From positions 8,711 to 72,710 of the forward strand of contig CAYWPC010000006.1 of assembly GCA_964460075.1 (NCBI GenBank): a stretch of DNA of 64,000 nucleotides. Reading direction: 5' to 3'. The position numbers and the translations under genes are program-made. The notes under the pieces were generated by a model, which was not told where the DNA came from, ran no database searches, and saw nothing but the letters and a program-made list of their open reading frames with translations. Source of the DNA: an uncultured Acidimicrobiaceae bacterium. Its GTDB lineage: Bacteria; Actinomycetota; Acidimicrobiia; Spongiisociales; UBA5794. Position 1 is the stretch's first letter; every line of letters starts with the position of its first letter. Positions 29,682 through 39,740 of this stretch are shown in pieces.

Positions 29682-30086
29682 ATGGCTGTAGAGAACACCT
29701 TTGTCATGGTGAAGCCCGATGGCGTAGCCCGCGGTCTGGTAGGCGAGGTTGTCTCGCGCTTCGAGCGCAAGGGCTTGAAGCTTGTCAAGCTGCGCATGTT
29801 CACGATGGATGCCGATGTTGCAGGTCTCCACTATGCGGAGCACTCGGAGAAGCCGTTCTTCGGTGAACTCGTTGCATTCATCACCTCTGGCCCGGTCGTC
29901 GCGATGGAGTGGTCAGGCGAATCGGCGGTCTCGGTCGCAAGAATCTTGATGGGTGGGACGAACCCTGCTGAAGCCGCGCCTGGCACGATTCGTGGCGATT
30001 ACGGTATCGTGATCACTCACAACATTGTGCATGGATCCGACGCGATTGAGAGCGCACAGCGCGAACTTGCTATCTTCTTCGGATAG
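29682..30086 (+). CDS. ndk: Nucleoside diphosphate kinase
   Basis: [10 protein letters not shown] and the catalytic His in NIVHGSD. Confidence 0.95.
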   Translation: MAVENTFVMVKPDGVARGLVGEVVSRFERKGLKLVKLRMFTMDADVAGLHYAEHSEKPFFGELVAFITSGPVVAMEWSGESAVSVARILMGGTNPAEAAPGTIRGDYGIVITHNIVHGSDAIESAQRELAIFFG

Positions 30087-30149
30087 CAATTAGCGGCGGT
30101 TGAGAGCCTGCGGGCTACACTCGCGACGAACCACTCGAGGATATCTTCG

Positions 30150-31181
30150 ATGAATAACTTCCTGTCATTCGCTGGCCGTGACATGGCCATCGACCTCGGC
30201 ACCGCGAACACGCTCGTGTTCGTGCGTGGTCAAGGCATCGTCTTGAACGAGCCTTCTGTTGTCGCGATCAACACACGCGACAATCGACCGCTCGAAGTAG
30301 GTATGGCCGCGAAGAGAATGATCGGTCGCACACCATCGTACATTCAGGCGATTCGACCACTGAGGAATGGTGTGATCGCAGATTTCGACGTGACCGAGAA
30401 GATGTTGCGGTACTTCATCGACAAGGTTCACACAGGCCGTTTTGCTGCCCGTCCAAGGATCGTGATTTGCGTACCCTCCGGTATCACCGCTGTCGAGAGG
30501 CGTGCCGTGGAAGAGGCGTCCTATCACGCTGGCGCGCGACGTGCCTACACGATCGAAGAGCCGATGGCTGCAGCCATCGGTGTCGGACTACCCGTCCATG
30601 AGCCCGTGGGGTCGATGGTCGTCGATATTGGTGGTGGCACGACAGAGGTGGCCGTGATCTCTCTCGGCGGGATCGTCGTTTCAAAGTCGATCCGAATCGC
30701 GGGTGACGAGCTCGACGAGTCGATCATCCAGTGGGTCAAGAAGGAATACAGTTTGATGCTCGGTGAGCGGACCGCTGAGCAGATCAAGCTAGCAATCGGT
30801 TCGGCATGGCCATACGCGGACGAACCTGCAGCTGAGGTGCGGGGTCGGGATCTCATTTCCGGCCTTCCAAAGACGATCGTTCTATCGAGCGCTGAAGTAC
30901 GCGAAGCGGTCGAAGAACCCGTCGAAGCCATTGTCGATGCCGTCAAGTACACCCTCGACAAGACGCCCCCCGAGCTTGCAGCCGACATCATGGAGCGAGG
31001 AATCGTTCTCACAGGTGGTGGCGCATATCTGAAAGGCATCGATGTGCGACTCGCCCACGAGACTGGCATGCCCATCGTGACCGCAGACCACCCGTTGCAT
31101 AGCGTGGTTCTCGGTTCGGGTGCCTGCCTGGAGGAATTCGATATTCTGCATGTCGTCCTCGAGTCTTCTGGCCGCGCCTAG
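30150..31181 (+). CDS. mreB: Rod shape-determining protein MreB
   Basis: DLGTANTLV phosphate-1 motif with an actin fold. Confidence 0.95.
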   Translation: MNNFLSFAGRDMAIDLGTANTLVFVRGQGIVLNEPSVVAINTRDNRPLEVGMAAKRMIGRTPSYIQAIRPLRNGVIADFDVTEKMLRYFIDKVHTGRFAARPRIVICVPSGITAVERRAVEEASYHAGARRAYTIEEPMAAAIGVGLPVHEPVGSMVVDIGGGTTEVAVISLGGIVVSKSIRIAGDELDESIIQWVKKEYSLMLGERTAEQIKLAIGSAWPYADEPAAEVRGRDLISGLPKTIVLSSAEVREAVEEPVEAIVDAVKYTLDKTPPELAADIMERGIVLTGGGAYLKGIDVRLAHETGMPIVTADHPLHSVVLGSGACLEEFDILHVVLESSGRA

Positions 31182-31202
31182 GCAGGCGCACGCCACACGG
31201 CC

Positions 31203-32111
31203 ATGATTCCATCATCAGGGCGCCGAGTTGATCGGGTGATGATCCTGTTCTTGTTGCTCGTCGCCCTTGGTTTCGTCGTTGCGACCTTCGATGTTCGCTC
31301 AGATGGCGAAGGCATCTCGAGCGTGCTACGCGAGGGAACCCAGTCGATCTTCACACCGTTACAGAAAGGTGTGAACTGGGTCGCGGATCCCGTGGTGGGG
31401 TTCATCGACGGTGTCGGCAACATCGCGGGGCTACGGGACGAGAACGATCGACTCCGCACGAAGGTACGGGAGGCCGAGGCGCAGCTTCGAGAGACGAATG
31501 CACTCGAGGAGAAGGTTGCTCAACTGGAACTGATCAACGGACTCGAAGTGGCAGATGAACTGACCACCGTTACGGCGAAGATGTATGCGTCGGGTCCTAC
31601 AGCGTTCGACAACGTCCGCTACATCGACAAGGGCGCCAAGGACGGTGTCGTCTCAGGACAGGCAGTCGTGGATGAGGACGGGTTGGTCGGGCGGGTCGAT
31701 CTCGTGAGTGCCAACGATGCGAGGATCAGACTTATCACAGATCCTGCCGTTTCCGTCGGGGTGCGTGTGCAGTCGACGAACGAGACAGGGATCGTGACCG
31801 GCCGCGGTGGGGGCCCGTTGCGTCTTGAAATGTTTCGAGCCGAGCAGTCGGTATCCAAGGGGGCTCTCGTCGTGACGGACGGAAGCCGGTTCCCGCCAGG
31901 GATTGTTGTGGGAACGGTGCGAACGTCCGCTGAAGCCGAGGTTGGCTTCGTCCTACGCACCGACGTCGACACAGCCGCACAGTTGTCCAAGGTCGACTTC
32001 GTGAAGGTCATCCTCGGTTGGTCCGCAATCGATGCTGCCATTGAGAAGAGTGGGGGGACGGTCACCACGATCGCGACGACGACCACCACGCTTGCAGGAG
32101 AGAACGGATGA
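31203..32111 (+). CDS. mreC: Rod shape-determining protein MreC
   Basis: N-terminal TM helix, coiled coil and beta-rich C-terminus. Lies between mreB and mreD. Confidence 0.8.
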   Translation: MIPSSGRRVDRVMILFLLLVALGFVVATFDVRSDGEGISSVLREGTQSIFTPLQKGVNWVADPVVGFIDGVGNIAGLRDENDRLRTKVREAEAQLRETNALEEKVAQLELINGLEVADELTTVTAKMYASGPTAFDNVRYIDKGAKDGVVSGQAVVDEDGLVGRVDLVSANDARIRLITDPAVSVGVRVQSTNETGIVTGRGGGPLRLEMFRAEQSVSKGALVVTDGSRFPPGIVVGTVRTSAEAEVGFVLRTDVDTAAQLSKVDFVKVILGWSAIDAAIEKSGGTVTTIATTTTTLAGENG

Positions 32112-32617
32112 GCCGTACACGTGTGATGCTCGGTCTCGTTGCGGTCGTCATTGGCATCATCCTCCAAACGACCTTGTTCGGAGCTGGGAGAATCGAACCG
32201 TTGGGTGTTGCACCGGCGCTGGTTGTCCTGGTCGTGATTCTTGTCGCGGGCCCCATCGAACCGGAGTATGAGTTGCTGTTGGGGTTCACCGGTGGCATCT
32301 TGATGGACCTTGTTGGAAGCGGAACGCTTGGCCTGTGGGCGATGTCGCTCACCTCTGTCGCCTACGCGGCCTCGCGGCTACGCGGGCGATTCGTACAGGG
32401 TCCTGTCCTTATCGCAGCGGTCGTTATCGGCTTGACGATTCTTGGTCAGATTGTCTTCATTCTGGTGAGCACGTTGTTTGGGCAGAACACCATTGCCGAG
32501 CCGCAACTCGTTGCCAAGGTTGTGCTGCCAGCCGTCTGGAACCTCGTACTTGCCTTCCCGGTCCTGTGGCTTCTCAAGACCGTGTTCACACCAAGCAAGC
32601 GCAGGTGGGCTGTATGA
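32108..32617 (+). CDS. mreD: Rod shape-determining protein MreD
   Basis: Small polytopic membrane protein; ATGA overlaps on both sides. Confidence 0.7.
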   Translation: MSRTRVMLGLVAVVIGIILQTTLFGAGRIEPLGVAPALVVLVVILVAGPIEPEYELLLGFTGGILMDLVGSGTLGLWAMSLTSVAYAASRLRGRFVQGPVLIAAVVIGLTILGQIVFILVSTLFGQNTIAEPQLVAKVVLPAVWNLVLAFPVLWLLKTVFTPSKRRWAV

Positions 32618-35091
32618 CGAATCCCGTACGCGTCGGCGTACTCGGACTGGTGATCGTCGCAATGTTCGGTGTCCTCGGCTTGCGACTTTGGACGATGCAA
32701 GTCACCGACGCTCAGGCCTACGAGGTACGCGCCGAGAGCAACCAGGTCCGCGTTGTGCTCACGCCTGCGCCTCGTGGGGATATTTTCGATGCAAACGGAG
32801 TGAAGCTTGCTGGAACCCGGTCCGCCCTCGCTGCAGTTGTCGACCTCGCCCTCGTTGGCGACGATGAGCAGGAGATACTCGCTCAGAACCTCGCCGCGTT
32901 TCTCGACCAACCGGCGTCGGAAATCGCAGCCATGCTTGCAGATTCCAACCGCGGTCTGCAGATCACCGTGGCCGAGGACCTATCTGACGCCCAGGCCACC
33001 TTTCTGCTGGAGAATCGCGAGAGATTTCCTGGCGTCAACATCATTCCCCAGCCAATCCGAACCTATCCCGAGGGTGAGCTCGGTGCGCACGTCATCGGCT
33101 ATATCGGCCGTCCGAACGAGCAGGACCTCGAACGTGACGACGTTAAGGGCAACGACGTAGTCGGCAAGGCAGGCGTTGAGAAAACCTATGACGAGCTGCT
33201 TCGCGGTACGGAGGGAATCCTTGAGTACCGCGTCGATGCAAGACGGAAGGTGCTCTCGCTCGCGAGTGAGGAACCGCCAACCGCTGGCGGAAACCTCATT
33301 CTGACGATCGACGCTGGAGTGCAGGCACAACTGCAAGCCTCGTTGCGGCTTGGCTTGATCCAGGCTCGTAGGCTTGAGATGGACGAACGCAGGGACGTTC
33401 TCGCCGACAAGTCGATTCAAGAGATTATCTCGGAAGCCCAGGCGACGGAGGATCGTGAAGCTGCTGAACGCGCAGCGGCGAGCGAGTCGACGACATCGTC
33501 TTCCGGTGCCGGCGACGGTTCTCGAACGCAACCTCCTGAACGAGTCATCGTCGATCCTGCCAGAGCACTCGGCGCTCTGTACCCCGGCCTTCCGATCGAC
33601 GACGCGGGTGTGTGCGTTCCTGTTCAACGTGTCACCATCCCGATCGGTGGTCAAGGCAAGCTGTCGGGGAGAGAGCCGCGCATCGCGCGTCTCGTGGCTG
33701 TCGATGACTCTCAAGGAAAGCTGACAGCGACGGTAACCGTTGCTGGCGAAACATACACCGTGAAGAACAACCAATCGTTCGCGGGAACATTGCAGGTCCT
33801 CGAGGTCTCAGATGATCAAGTCATCCTGTATCACAAGGACAAGTGGTGTCCCGTTCGATCGGTCGGCGTGGTGCTCGATCCCAACAACGGATCGATCCTT
33901 GCGATGGCCTCGTATCCGTCGTATGACCCAACCGCGTTTGTTGACGGTCTCAGCTTGGAACAGTGGGCGTCCCTGGGTACGGTGTCGGCCTTCCAGAACT
34001 TTGCTGTGCAAGGCCTCTACGCTCCGGCGTCGACCTTCAAGACCCTTCCTTACGTGGTTGCCCTCGAGGAGAACTACTACCCGCTCGACCGAGGCATTGG
34101 TGACAAGGAGGTCGGAGATAGCGCAAGTGCGTCGGATGGCGAGGATGCGCAACCCAGGTTTCAGCCACTTCTGAGCGACACAGACGAGTACAGCTGTACA
34201 GGCCTGTTCAAGTTCCGGCTCAACGACGGCACGGTACAGGTCAAGCGAGATTGGAAGTGGCCAGGAGGCCACGGACCGCTCGACCTGCACGGTGCGCTGC
34301 AAGCATCGTGCGACCTGTACTTCTGGGATATCGCGCTCCGCCTGTGGAACGAACGCGGTGACGACTCCGGCATCGACAAAGAGAATCTGCTCCAGAAATA
34401 TGCACGAGACTTCGGATTCGGCACTGCGACAGGGATAGACCTTCCGTTCGAGAAAGATGGCCTCGTGCCGGACAAAGCTTGGTTCCTTGCCGAGCAGCGC
34501 GACGGCTCGCCTCGTGTGCGTGCCGACGGGCCATGGGTCGGTGGTGACTTGATGGACTTCGCTGTGGGTCAGGGTGCCACCCTCACGACCCCGCTGCAGA
34601 TGGCTAATGGCCTCGCGGCGATGGTCAACGGCGGGACCGTATGGCAACCACGCATCGTCAGTCGGGTCGTCGATCAGAGCGGCAAGGTTATCCAGGAGAA
34701 CCTGCCAAACATACTCAATCGTGTGGATCTGAATCCTCGAACATCGCGTATGCTGCTTGCCGATCTTCAGCAGGTCGTCAACAACCAAGCTCGAGGGACA
34801 GCGAGGAAAGCGTTCGTCAATTTCGGCCAGGGTGTTGAGCTGGTCGGTGGAAAGACGGGAACGAGCGAGGTCATCAAGGCACCCCGATCAAAGCATTACA
34901 TGCAGGTTGACAGCGCATTCTTCGTGGGTGTCGCACCGGTGAATAATCCGCAATACGTTATCTCGGTCGTTGTCGAGCGAGGTGGAAGCGGCGGCCGTAT
35001 CGCCGCACCGATAGCAAGGCAAGTGCTCCAGTATCTGCTCAACGGTCCTGGTGGCGTCACCGAGATCGCTCCTGGACTCGAGGCAGACTGA
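32614..35091 (+). CDS. mrdA: Penicillin-binding protein 2 (elongasome transpeptidase) with large lineage-specific insertions
   Basis: ASTFK (SxxK) and GGKTGTS (KTG) motifs, plus a TM anchor. True start MTNPVRV at 32614; the 918-aa ORF in the track is an out-of-frame 5' extension. Confidence 0.85.
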   Translation: MTNPVRVGVLGLVIVAMFGVLGLRLWTMQVTDAQAYEVRAESNQVRVVLTPAPRGDIFDANGVKLAGTRSALAAVVDLALVGDDEQEILAQNLAAFLDQPASEIAAMLADSNRGLQITVAEDLSDAQATFLLENRERFPGVNIIPQPIRTYPEGELGAHVIGYIGRPNEQDLERDDVKGNDVVGKAGVEKTYDELLRGTEGILEYRVDARRKVLSLASEEPPTAGGNLILTIDAGVQAQLQASLRLGLIQARRLEMDERRDVLADKSIQEIISEAQATEDREAAERAAASESTTSSSGAGDGSRTQPPERVIVDPARALGALYPGLPIDDAGVCVPVQRVTIPIGGQGKLSGREPRIARLVAVDDSQGKLTATVTVAGETYTVKNNQSFAGTLQVLEVSDDQVILYHKDKWCPVRSVGVVLDPNNGSILAMASYPSYDPTAFVDGLSLEQWASLGTVSAFQNFAVQGLYAPASTFKTLPYVVALEENYYPLDRGIGDKEVGDSASASDGEDAQPRFQPLLSDTDEYSCTGLFKFRLNDGTVQVKRDWKWPGGHGPLDLHGALQASCDLYFWDIALRLWNERGDDSGIDKENLLQKYARDFGFGTATGIDLPFEKDGLVPDKAWFLAEQRDGSPRVRADGPWVGGDLMDFAVGQGATLTTPLQMANGLAAMVNGGTVWQPRIVSRVVDQSGKVIQENLPNILNRVDLNPRTSRMLLADLQQVVNNQARGTARKAFVNFGQGVELVGGKTGTSEVIKAPRSKHYMQVDSAFFVGVAPVNNPQYVISVVVERGGSGGRIAAPIARQVLQYLLNGPGGVTEIAPGLEAD

Positions 35092-36260
35092 TGGCTAGCG
35101 CGGTCCGCAGCCGTGAACCTGTGAGCTATCACAGCCGACAGGGTCCGTTGCGGCCCGATCTCGTCCTCGTCCTGACATATCTGACGATTTCTGCCATCGG
35201 TCTTCTGATGGTGTATTCGGCGACCGCTCCAGGGCTTAGCGCACGTGGTCTGGACCCTGCGGCGGAGCTGAAGTCCCAAGCCTTTTTCGTGCTTATCGGC
35301 TTTGTCGTCTTTGCGATCGTGTCCTCCATCGACCTGACGGAGGTCAAGGGATTCGTTGGCCCTATCTACGCGATTGTGATCTTGTTGCTCGTGATGGTCC
35401 TCACCGCTCTAGGCGACAGCGAAGGTATAGCCCAGCGATGGATCGATCTCGGGCCCATCCAGTTTCAACCTTCTGAGCTTGCAAAAATCGCTGTGATCTT
35501 GATGGTCGCTTCGATCCTCGCAGAGTCTGTGGTTCCATTGTCGTGGACAACCGTTGCGCGCGCCCTCGTCGTGGTCGGCGTCCCTGCGGTCCTGATATTT
35601 CTTCAGCCCGACCTTGGAACGATGCTCGTGTTCGCATTCGTAGCGCTCGCAATGCTGTTCGTCGGTGGGTCAACGATGCGACAGTTGGCGTTTCTCTTCG
35701 TGTCAACCACGATCGCGACGGTCGGAGTCTTCCAGTTGAACCTCATCAAGAGCTACCAGGTCAATCGGCTCACGGCGTTCATCAATCCGGGAGCGCACGA
35801 GCTCAGCCTCTCCTACAACCAGGTGCAGTCGGAGATCGCCATCGGAGCTGGCGGCTTGCTCGGCAGGGGGCTCTTCGAAGGAACCCAGACGAATCTTCAG
35901 TTTGTGCCTGTCCAGTCGAGCGACTTCATCTTCACAGCCGTCGGTGAACAGTTCGGATTCGTGGGGAGCATTGCGGTGATTGCGTTGTTTGGCATCTTGT
36001 TATTCCGCCTGCTGTCGATCGCGATTCGTGCGAAAGATAGGTTCGCCTTTCTTGTGACGATCGGGATCGCTTCGTTGTTCGCCTTTCACGTCTTCGTGAA
36101 TGTCGGCATGACCATCCGGATCATGCCAGTGACAGGGTTACCTCTTCCGTTCATGTCTGCAGGCGGAACGGTGTTCGTCATGATGAGCGCGGCGCTCGGA
36201 CTCGCGCACTCGGCATGGATCAGAAGGTCTCCGTTGCCGGGTGATCGCCACCGCGCCTGA
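35091..36260 (+). CDS. rodA: Peptidoglycan glycosyltransferase RodA (SEDS family)
   Basis: 10-TM FtsW/RodA/SpoVE fold. Adjacent to mrdA. Confidence 0.85.
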   Translation: MASAVRSREPVSYHSRQGPLRPDLVLVLTYLTISAIGLLMVYSATAPGLSARGLDPAAELKSQAFFVLIGFVVFAIVSSIDLTEVKGFVGPIYAIVILLLVMVLTALGDSEGIAQRWIDLGPIQFQPSELAKIAVILMVASILAESVVPLSWTTVARALVVVGVPAVLIFLQPDLGTMLVFAFVALAMLFVGGSTMRQLAFLFVSTTIATVGVFQLNLIKSYQVNRLTAFINPGAHELSLSYNQVQSEIAIGAGGLLGRGLFEGTQTNLQFVPVQSSDFIFTAVGEQFGFVGSIAVIALFGILLFRLLSIAIRAKDRFAFLVTIGIASLFAFHVFVNVGMTIRIMPVTGLPLPFMSAGGTVFVMMSAALGLAHSAWIRRSPLPGDRHRA

Positions 36261-36301
36261 CCAAGGTGTCAGCGTATGCCGTCTTGCTATCTTCCTAGAT
36301 C

Positions 36302-36886
36302 ATGCACCGACGCGCAGATCAGGGATGGATCGAGGTCATTGCTGGCCCTATGTTCTCAGGGAAGAGTGAAGAGCTGATTCGTCGAGTCACGAGGTATCAC
36401 CTCGCCCGAGTTCCGACCCAGACCTTCAAGCCTGCCCTCGATACGCGGTACGCAGTGTCTGAGGTCGTGTCCCATTCCCGCCTGTCTACGGGAGCGACGC
36501 CGGTTGCCGATTCTGCCCAGCTGCTCCGGTCGGTTGATGACAGGACGGTCGTCGTAGGGATTGACGAGGGCCAGTTTTTCGACGACGGTCTTGTTGACGT
36601 AGCAGAGATGCTTGCAGGGGCGGGAAAGAACCTCATCATCGCCGGTTTGGATCTTGACTATCTCGGACGGCCGTTCGAGCCGATTCCTTCGTTGATGCTG
36701 CGAGCTGAATACGTTACGAAATCGCTGGCTGTCTGCCATCGGTGTGGCGGACCTGGCCTGTTCACCCAACGTGTCGTGCAGTCTGACGAACTGGTGGTCC
36801 TTGGGGCGACGGAGTCCTACGAGGCGAGGTGTCGCAGGTGTTATGACCCGCATGAAGCGTCGCAGCAAACCCTCGACGTCGAATAG
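36302..36886 (+). CDS. tdk: Thymidine kinase
   Basis: GPMFSGKSEELI P-loop and a C-terminal zinc ribbon CHRCGG...CRRCY. Confidence 0.9.
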   Translation: MHRRADQGWIEVIAGPMFSGKSEELIRRVTRYHLARVPTQTFKPALDTRYAVSEVVSHSRLSTGATPVADSAQLLRSVDDRTVVVGIDEGQFFDDGLVDVAEMLAGAGKNLIIAGLDLDYLGRPFEPIPSLMLRAEYVTKSLAVCHRCGGPGLFTQRVVQSDELVVLGATESYEARCRRCYDPHEASQQTLDVE

Positions 36887-37232
36887 GTGTGGTTGCCCCA
36901 CCAGAGTGACGGCCGCCCACTGCCAGAGAGTCACGAGATTGATTCCCGGCCTTGTTACCATTTGGCCGTCATGCCGCATCCGCGGCTGAAAGTTTTCCGA
37001 CCCGGGACGGGTATGGCCAACGTCCGATCGCTCGAAGTATTGGTGCACACACACCTATCCGCCTCGCGAGTTGCCCATCTGGCATACGAAGTAGATGGGC
37101 AGTATGACGTTGTCCCCCTCATGTCTGTGAAGATCCCACTGGGGGATGAACGATTGCGTTCTCTCACGCGATGTTGTCTTGGGCCGGATGGAACACCGAG
37201 ACGCCCTATGGGGCGTTCGAAGGAGTTGATCC
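36887..37232 (+). promoter_or_regulatory. Long 5' leader (~345 nt) upstream of rne. Candidate autoregulatory UTR.
   Basis: No convincing CDS. An AAGGAG RBS sits just before the rne ATG. rne genes commonly carry long regulatory leaders. Confidence 0.3.
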
Positions 37233-38789
37233 ATGGGCCTCTTCAAGAAGAAGACCCCCCGCGTAATTCGCAAAAGTCAAGCCACCGAAGAGCGGATGGT
37301 GAGGACTGTCGACGGACATCAGGTTACGGTTCGTAAGTTCGTCAAGCCACAGACAAAGTCAACATCGAACGCTGCGACTGCGACTCGCAGGAAGCCGCAG
37401 CGAACTTCCAGGGCCAAGGGCACAGGCGAGCGTTCCCACAGCGGATCTTCGGCCCATCGCCGTCGTCCTCGCATCGAAATCGTTGAACCGCCCGAGACTG
37501 CACGCAAGCAGATGCTGGTGCGTAGGAGTCCCCAACAGACCCAGATCGTTGTTCTCGAGGGCCCGGTTCTCGTCGAACATTACGTCGCACGGTCTGACCG
37601 CAAGTCACTTGTTGGCAATGTGTATCTCGGAAAGGTCAGAAACGTCCTTCCAGGGATGGAGGCAGCGTTCATCGATTTCGGCGAAGGAAAGAACGGCGTG
37701 TTGTACGCCGGTGACGTGAACTACGCCGAGCATGACTTCGGAGGCAAGGCCAAGCGGATCGAGAACGCTTTCGGTACCGGTGATTCCGTTCTCGTGCAGG
37801 TGGTGAAGGATGCAATGGGGCACAAGGGAGCCCGGCTCACCAATCAAATCTCGCTCGCAGGGCGGTATCTGGTCCTGGCCCCACGAGAGGACGTTCGTGG
37901 CATCTCACGGCGTTTGCCCGACGATGAACGGCGACGGCTCCGTGAGGTGGTTGGCGACTTGCGGCCTGAGGGCACAGGCATCATTGTGCGCACGGCTGCA
38001 GAAGGAGCCACCCGCGAGGACATCAAGGGCGACATCGATCGGCTCAAGGCAATGTGGGATCAGATGGATCTGGATCGTGAGTCTGCCTCGGCACCGGCAT
38101 TGATCTACGAGGAGCCACCACTTGTGATCAGAGTCATACGCGAGCACTTCACACGAGATTTTCGGCGGCTTCTGATCGACGACGCCGAGATTCACGAACA
38201 AGTCCTCGAGTACCTCTCTGGAACTGAGGCTGATCTTGTGGAGAAGGTCACACGATACAAAGACGACCTTGGGCTCTTCGAGCGGTACCACGTCGAAGAT
38301 CAGCTTCGGAAGGCCCTCGACCGACGTGTGTGGCTCCCATCGGGAGGCCATCTGGTGATCGACCGGACAGAGGCACTCACGGTGATCGATGTCAATACGG
38401 GTCGATTCGTTGGAAGCACCAATCTTGAGGAGACAGTGCTTCAGAACAATCTCGAGTCAGCCGAGGAGATCGCTCGGCAGTTACGGCTGCGCGACATCGG
38501 GGGAATCATCGTCATCGATTTCATCGATATGGAGGACACGAAGAACCAGGAGGCGGTTCTTCGTCGCCTCAGGGAGCATCTGGCAAAGGACAAGACGCGC
38601 TCGCAGGTCTTCGACGTATCGCATCTCGGACTCGTGGAGATGACGAGGAAGAACGTTTCTGCTGGCTTGCTCGAGTCGTTCTCGGAGGTGTGTCCTCACT
38701 GCAACGGTCGTGGTGTGATCCTTCACGAGGAGGCTGCCGCAACCGGCATACCGGAGCATGATGTCGGCGTCAAAGAAGCGAGCGAGTAG
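37233..38789 (+). CDS. rne: Ribonuclease E/G family endoribonuclease
   Basis: S1 domain (VGNVYLGKVRNVLPGMEAAFIDFG), DNase-I-like and Zn-link CPHCNGRG. Arg/Lys-rich disordered N-terminus. Confidence 0.85.
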   Translation: MGLFKKKTPRVIRKSQATEERMVRTVDGHQVTVRKFVKPQTKSTSNAATATRRKPQRTSRAKGTGERSHSGSSAHRRRPRIEIVEPPETARKQMLVRRSPQQTQIVVLEGPVLVEHYVARSDRKSLVGNVYLGKVRNVLPGMEAAFIDFGEGKNGVLYAGDVNYAEHDFGGKAKRIENAFGTGDSVLVQVVKDAMGHKGARLTNQISLAGRYLVLAPREDVRGISRRLPDDERRRLREVVGDLRPEGTGIIVRTAAEGATREDIKGDIDRLKAMWDQMDLDRESASAPALIYEEPPLVIRVIREHFTRDFRRLLIDDAEIHEQVLEYLSGTEADLVEKVTRYKDDLGLFERYHVEDQLRKALDRRVWLPSGGHLVIDRTEALTVIDVNTGRFVGSTNLEETVLQNNLESAEEIARQLRLRDIGGIIVIDFIDMEDTKNQEAVLRRLREHLAKDKTRSQVFDVSHLGLVEMTRKNVSAGLLESFSEVCPHCNGRGVILHEEAAATGIPEHDVGVKEASE

Positions 38790-38935
38790 ACGAGAGCCAG
38801 GACCACGAGGTCGGGTCGCGAACTGTCAACTGTGCACGCGACGCTGATACACTGAGCTGGCGCTCCTAACGTGGAGTGTGCTCACCGCGTCGGAATGCAG
38901 GAAGTTCCGGCACTTTGAAAGACCACCTGAGGAAT

Positions 38936-39304
38936 ATGTACGCGATCATCCGCGCTGGCGGCAAGCAGGCAAAGGTCCACGAGGGCGATGTGCTCGACGT
39001 GGAACGCATCAAGGACACTGGCAAGGTGTCGTACACACCGCTGCTCATCGTAAAGGATGATGGATCAGTCATCTCCGGTCGCGATGCACTCGACAAGGCA
39101 TCGGTCACCGTTGAGGTGGTTGGCCAGTCCGCTGGCCCGAAGGTCGACATATTCAAGTACAAGAACAAGACCGGATACCGCCGTCGCCAGGGCCATCGTC
39201 AGAAGTACACGACGATCAAGGTCCTAAAGATAAAGGCCGGTAGCACAGCCAAGAAGGCGACCAAGGCCGATTCCAGCAAGGCGACCGACACCGAGGAGGC
39301 GTAG
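38936..39304 (+). CDS. rplU: 50S ribosomal protein L21
   Basis: [14 protein letters not shown] plus a Lys-rich C-terminal extension. Start chosen at the conserved Met. Confidence 0.9.
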   Translation: MYAIIRAGGKQAKVHEGDVLDVERIKDTGKVSYTPLLIVKDDGSVISGRDALDKASVTVEVVGQSAGPKVDIFKYKNKTGYRRRQGHRQKYTTIKVLKIKAGSTAKKATKADSSKATDTEEA

Positions 39305-39306
39305 AG

Positions 39307-39561
39307 ATGTCAAAAACCAAGGCAAGCGGCTCATCACGGAACGGTCGCGACTCTCAGGCGAAGCGGCTTGGACCGAAGGTGTTCGATGGCCAGTCGATCA
39401 ACGCGGGTGCCATCATTGTGCGCCAACGCGGGACTCGTATCCACCCGGGTATCAACGTTGGACGTGGCGGAGACGACACGCTCTATGCGCTCGAGGCGGG
39501 CATCGTGAAATACGGTTCACGGCGTGGCCGCCGAGAGGTATCCGTTCTCGTACCCCAGTAG
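39307..39561 (+). CDS. rpmA: 50S ribosomal protein L27
   Basis: [18 protein letters not shown]...[13 protein letters not shown]. Confidence 0.95.
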   Translation: MSKTKASGSSRNGRDSQAKRLGPKVFDGQSINAGAIIVRQRGTRIHPGINVGRGGDDTLYALEAGIVKYGSRRGRREVSVLVPQ

Positions 39562-39740
39562 CTCGTTCACGGTAGGGGACATGCCAATCGGCCGGGTCTC
39601 AGACGGTCTGTGCATGGCTTACCTCGGCGGCACAGCGATGCAGCATCAACGATGGGGAATTACACCAAGGCTCTCCACTTTCACGGCAGAGCAAGCCATC
39701 AGAGCGCACCCACTGGGCTCTCTCGTATATCGTCGTGCAC

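Noticed and set aside
32335-32613. 5' extension of the mrdA ORF (the 918-aa version) overlapping mreD
   Set aside because: It is out of frame with mreD over real mreD coding sequence. The conserved PBP2 N-terminus with its TM helix starts at MTNPVRV (32614), giving an ATGA overlap.
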